Source: Bugula neritina
Taxonomy: Eukaryota > Animalia > Bryozoa
DNA: 64,000 nt
Direction of reading: 5' to 3'
NCBI GenBank assembly: GCA_964035545.1
Contig: OZ037767.1
Coordinates: 22,894,628-22,958,627 of the forward strand
The notes below the pieces were generated by a model. The model made no database searches. It saw only the letters and a program-made list of their open reading frames with translations, and was not told the DNA's origin. Both the position numbers and the translations under genes were made by a program. Shown in pieces: positions 61,501-64,000 of the stretch; positions within the stretch are counted from its first letter, which is position 1, and every line of letters starts with the position of its first letter.

Positions 61501-63365
61501 CTTTTGTCAATCCTAAAAAATAAATATTCAAATTAGGTTAATAAAATATATCCCCTTTTCTCATACAAAATAAAAGTTAACTACATGCAGCTGCTTTTAT
61601 ATCTTTGTATATGAATACATCGGAAACACAATAATTTACAGCTCATACTGCACAATGAATTAGTTACTCTAGTGAAATAAAAAAGGATTCAGGTTTTTGC
61701 AGTAGAGCATAGAAATTTTCAGCTAACTCATCAATAACTATTATCTGCTACAAATTACTAGTCTACACGCACTGTGTGTACTTGATATAAGCAAGTAAAC
61801 TTTACCTGCTGATTGTAAGTTCTTGAGATACAGCCTGCATTAAAGAATGCTGTCTGATAACCAAGTATTAATTGTTAACAGAGCTATAAATACATAACTA
61901 ACCCTCTGTTGTCCAAGTTTTCCCATCTGAGATATTGACAGAATCCCTATCAACATCCTTTATATCAACCATATTATCTATACACATTGATAGAAAGTCA
62001 TTTCTTTTCTGGAAGTAGAAACAAGAAAATCATAAACAGCTTAATATTACAAATCATTGTTCAGCGTAGAAGCAGTTACATTATATTCCTTTTACTAAAT
62101 CATGATAGTTTTGTACGTAGATGATATAAAAGGACTTTGAAAAATTGATGTTAATTCTTAAAACACATTTTAAATGCAAGAACTTTTTTTTAAAAGAACA
62201 GCGTTGAGATTTTTCCAGTAACGTGTTTTACTTTTATAATCAGCTCGCAATTTGAGGACTAAGGCAAATGTTACTTTAGTAGACACTAGTTTTACTTTAA
62301 GCATACCTGAACATCTTCTCTTTTTAGGTCAAGAACTCTGTTGACCAAATTCTCAAAGTAGGTCATACTTTCCTGTCCAGCAAACGTCATGTCAAAGAAA
62401 CGGCCAAGAATCTCTTTCACTTTTCTCGGCAATGAAACTGTAAATGCAGAACATAAATGGTACATGAGATTGTAGCTAGCAAATGTTTTTTTTAAAAAAA
62501 ACTTGCATTTGTTTGAAGTCTACCAGGAATGAGCTCTGAACTGTGTGAAGGCTATGGCAGAGAGCAAGTATGAGCAGGTGCTCTTTCTGACATCAACAAT
62601 GACCCTTCAGATTGGATTCGAACTCATGACCTATCACATATTAGACTAGTTCGCTATAAGCACGTCTTTCTGCAAACTGAAAAGTCTACCTTCTTTATGA
62701 ATAGCATTCAGTGCTTTAGTTACTTCTATTTTTTGAATTAATTCAACATTTATCTTCTAATCATTACTGTACCTCCTATGCTCAGAATAACTATAGTGTA
62801 TCCTATACTATGCTATGGTATGCTGTGCTATGCTGTGTTATGCTATGCTATGCTATACTGTTATACCTGCTAATAAAAATATTATGCAATCCCCTAAAAA
62901 TCAGCAAATTGAGGTCTGCATCGACAAACCAACAACTGCTTAAGCATTAGCTAAATAATAATACTGCTTACCAATCAATATCACTCTAATAATCTGCAAG
63001 CTTTTAATAAAAAGCTGTTCACTTTTGGTAAGCCCAAAGAAAGGTTTGGAATGGTAAACAAATGGGTGATCTGGGTTAGAGCTGGCATCAACATCCACAC
63101 CAAATGCAGTACTTGCAATAACATCCATAGTGAAGGCAGCAGTGTGTCTACAAAAATAGTATTTGTGCATCTACACTTTACTAAGGTGAAACTCAATATA
63201 TACATGTGCATTTACTTTGGAAAAAAAGCATTTGCTTCATCAGTACAGCCAATGATGAAAACTAGAAAATACTCACCCACCCACAGCTATAGATTCTTTA
63301 GATTCAGTGAGAGATATCAGTTTTTCAGCAAGCTTGCCTGCACATGCATTGATGGTTTGTTGCAT
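58551..63365 (-). CDS. Cytochrome P450 clan 3 (CYP3A-like), copy E, coding exons 5-13 (5' exons beyond the window)
   Basis: Minus-strand exons 63277-63365, 62972-63147, 62307-62437, 61903-62008, 61388-61512, 60912-61036, 59538-59675, 59053-59221, 58551-58637. Sizes match copy C and the frame is open, with AGYEST, ETLR, PERF, FGAGNRACIG and KRQPE*. Confidence 0.92.
60130..60570 (-). mobile_element. Possible decayed LINE 3' fragment in intron 10 of copy E
   Basis: ORF 60223-60432 contains ISYSIAYCWNNL, reminiscent of the C-terminal WN-L motif of CR1/L2 ORF2. The sequence is absent from the other copies. Confidence 0.25.
62535..62670 (-). mobile_element. Decayed tRNA-derived SINE in intron 6 (paralogs ~16450-16570, ~37400-37520, ~51025-51145)
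   Basis: The minus strand has the B box GAGTTCGAATCC followed by GTTGATGTCAGAAAGAGCACC, the same downstream motif as the intron-4 SINE. Confidence 0.45.
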
Positions 63366-64000
63366 CTTTAAATTCATCAGATTAAATAAAAGAATAAACT
63401 TTTTGCAAAGTATGTTGATGTAATATAATAATATAATAATACGATAATAGATATAATCAAATATAATAATATGATATTAGACAAAATAATAATATAACTA
63501 TTGAAATTGCCTATCTATATTAATTATGATCAAACAGCTTCTCTACAGTTTTCTAGGTATGGTGTTAAAGAATTAGTGAAACAACTTTTATTCTAACTGA
63601 AAAATATACAGTGCTAGTATGCTTATAAGCAAAGTAAGGAAGGAAAAGCTGTATTCTTCATTTAATACCTAAATTTTGGTAGCTAGAGGAAACGTCATCT
63701 TTGGAGATAAAAAGACGTTTAAAAATGATTTGACATTGACTCATTAAAATAAATTTTGAATGGTAAAAATAGTATAACTAAGCGTGATGATGTGTTTATA
63801 GTTCGGTTATTTCAAAGTTAGCACTGTAATACGCCGGTGAAAAATAATATATAATAGGATTTCAATATACTCTACATGCAGTTTGTAATATTGGGTTAAT
63901 AGTTTAATTTTACAGCGGTCAATATTCATGAGTTTCATGCGACAGAAGTTTTTAGCGTGTGAGATTGCGTGATATAATAAAATGGTCATGATTATTGCGT

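Overview
AT-rich, intron-rich animal (probably invertebrate) genomic DNA, mostly a tandem cluster of five near-identical clan-3 (CYP3A-like) cytochrome P450 genes. Copy A (+, exons 7-13 only, 26-4909) runs off the left edge. Copy B (+, 9666-25665) is a chimeric pseudogene with a deleted start exon, frameshifts and a duplicated exon 9-10 block. Copy C (+, 30631-41293, 13 coding exons, 528 aa) and copy D (+, 46333-54443, 542 aa through stop-codon loss) look intact. Copy E (-, 58551-63365, continuing beyond the window) faces D tail-to-tail. Because introns and spacers are paralogous, empty and filled sites can be compared directly. This reveals RTE and CR1/L2 LINE fragments, an LTR remnant, Harbinger-type MITEs, tRNA-derived SINEs and large microsatellite expansions. 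The most notable elements are two hammerhead-ribozyme-bearing inverted-repeat insertions in (TA)n tracts: a young Penelope-like element with an intact GIY-YIG frame (54670-56225), and a non-coding ~570-bp near-perfect palindrome with an outward-facing hammerhead at each end (31285-31855). All coordinates were read by eye and may be off by a few bases.
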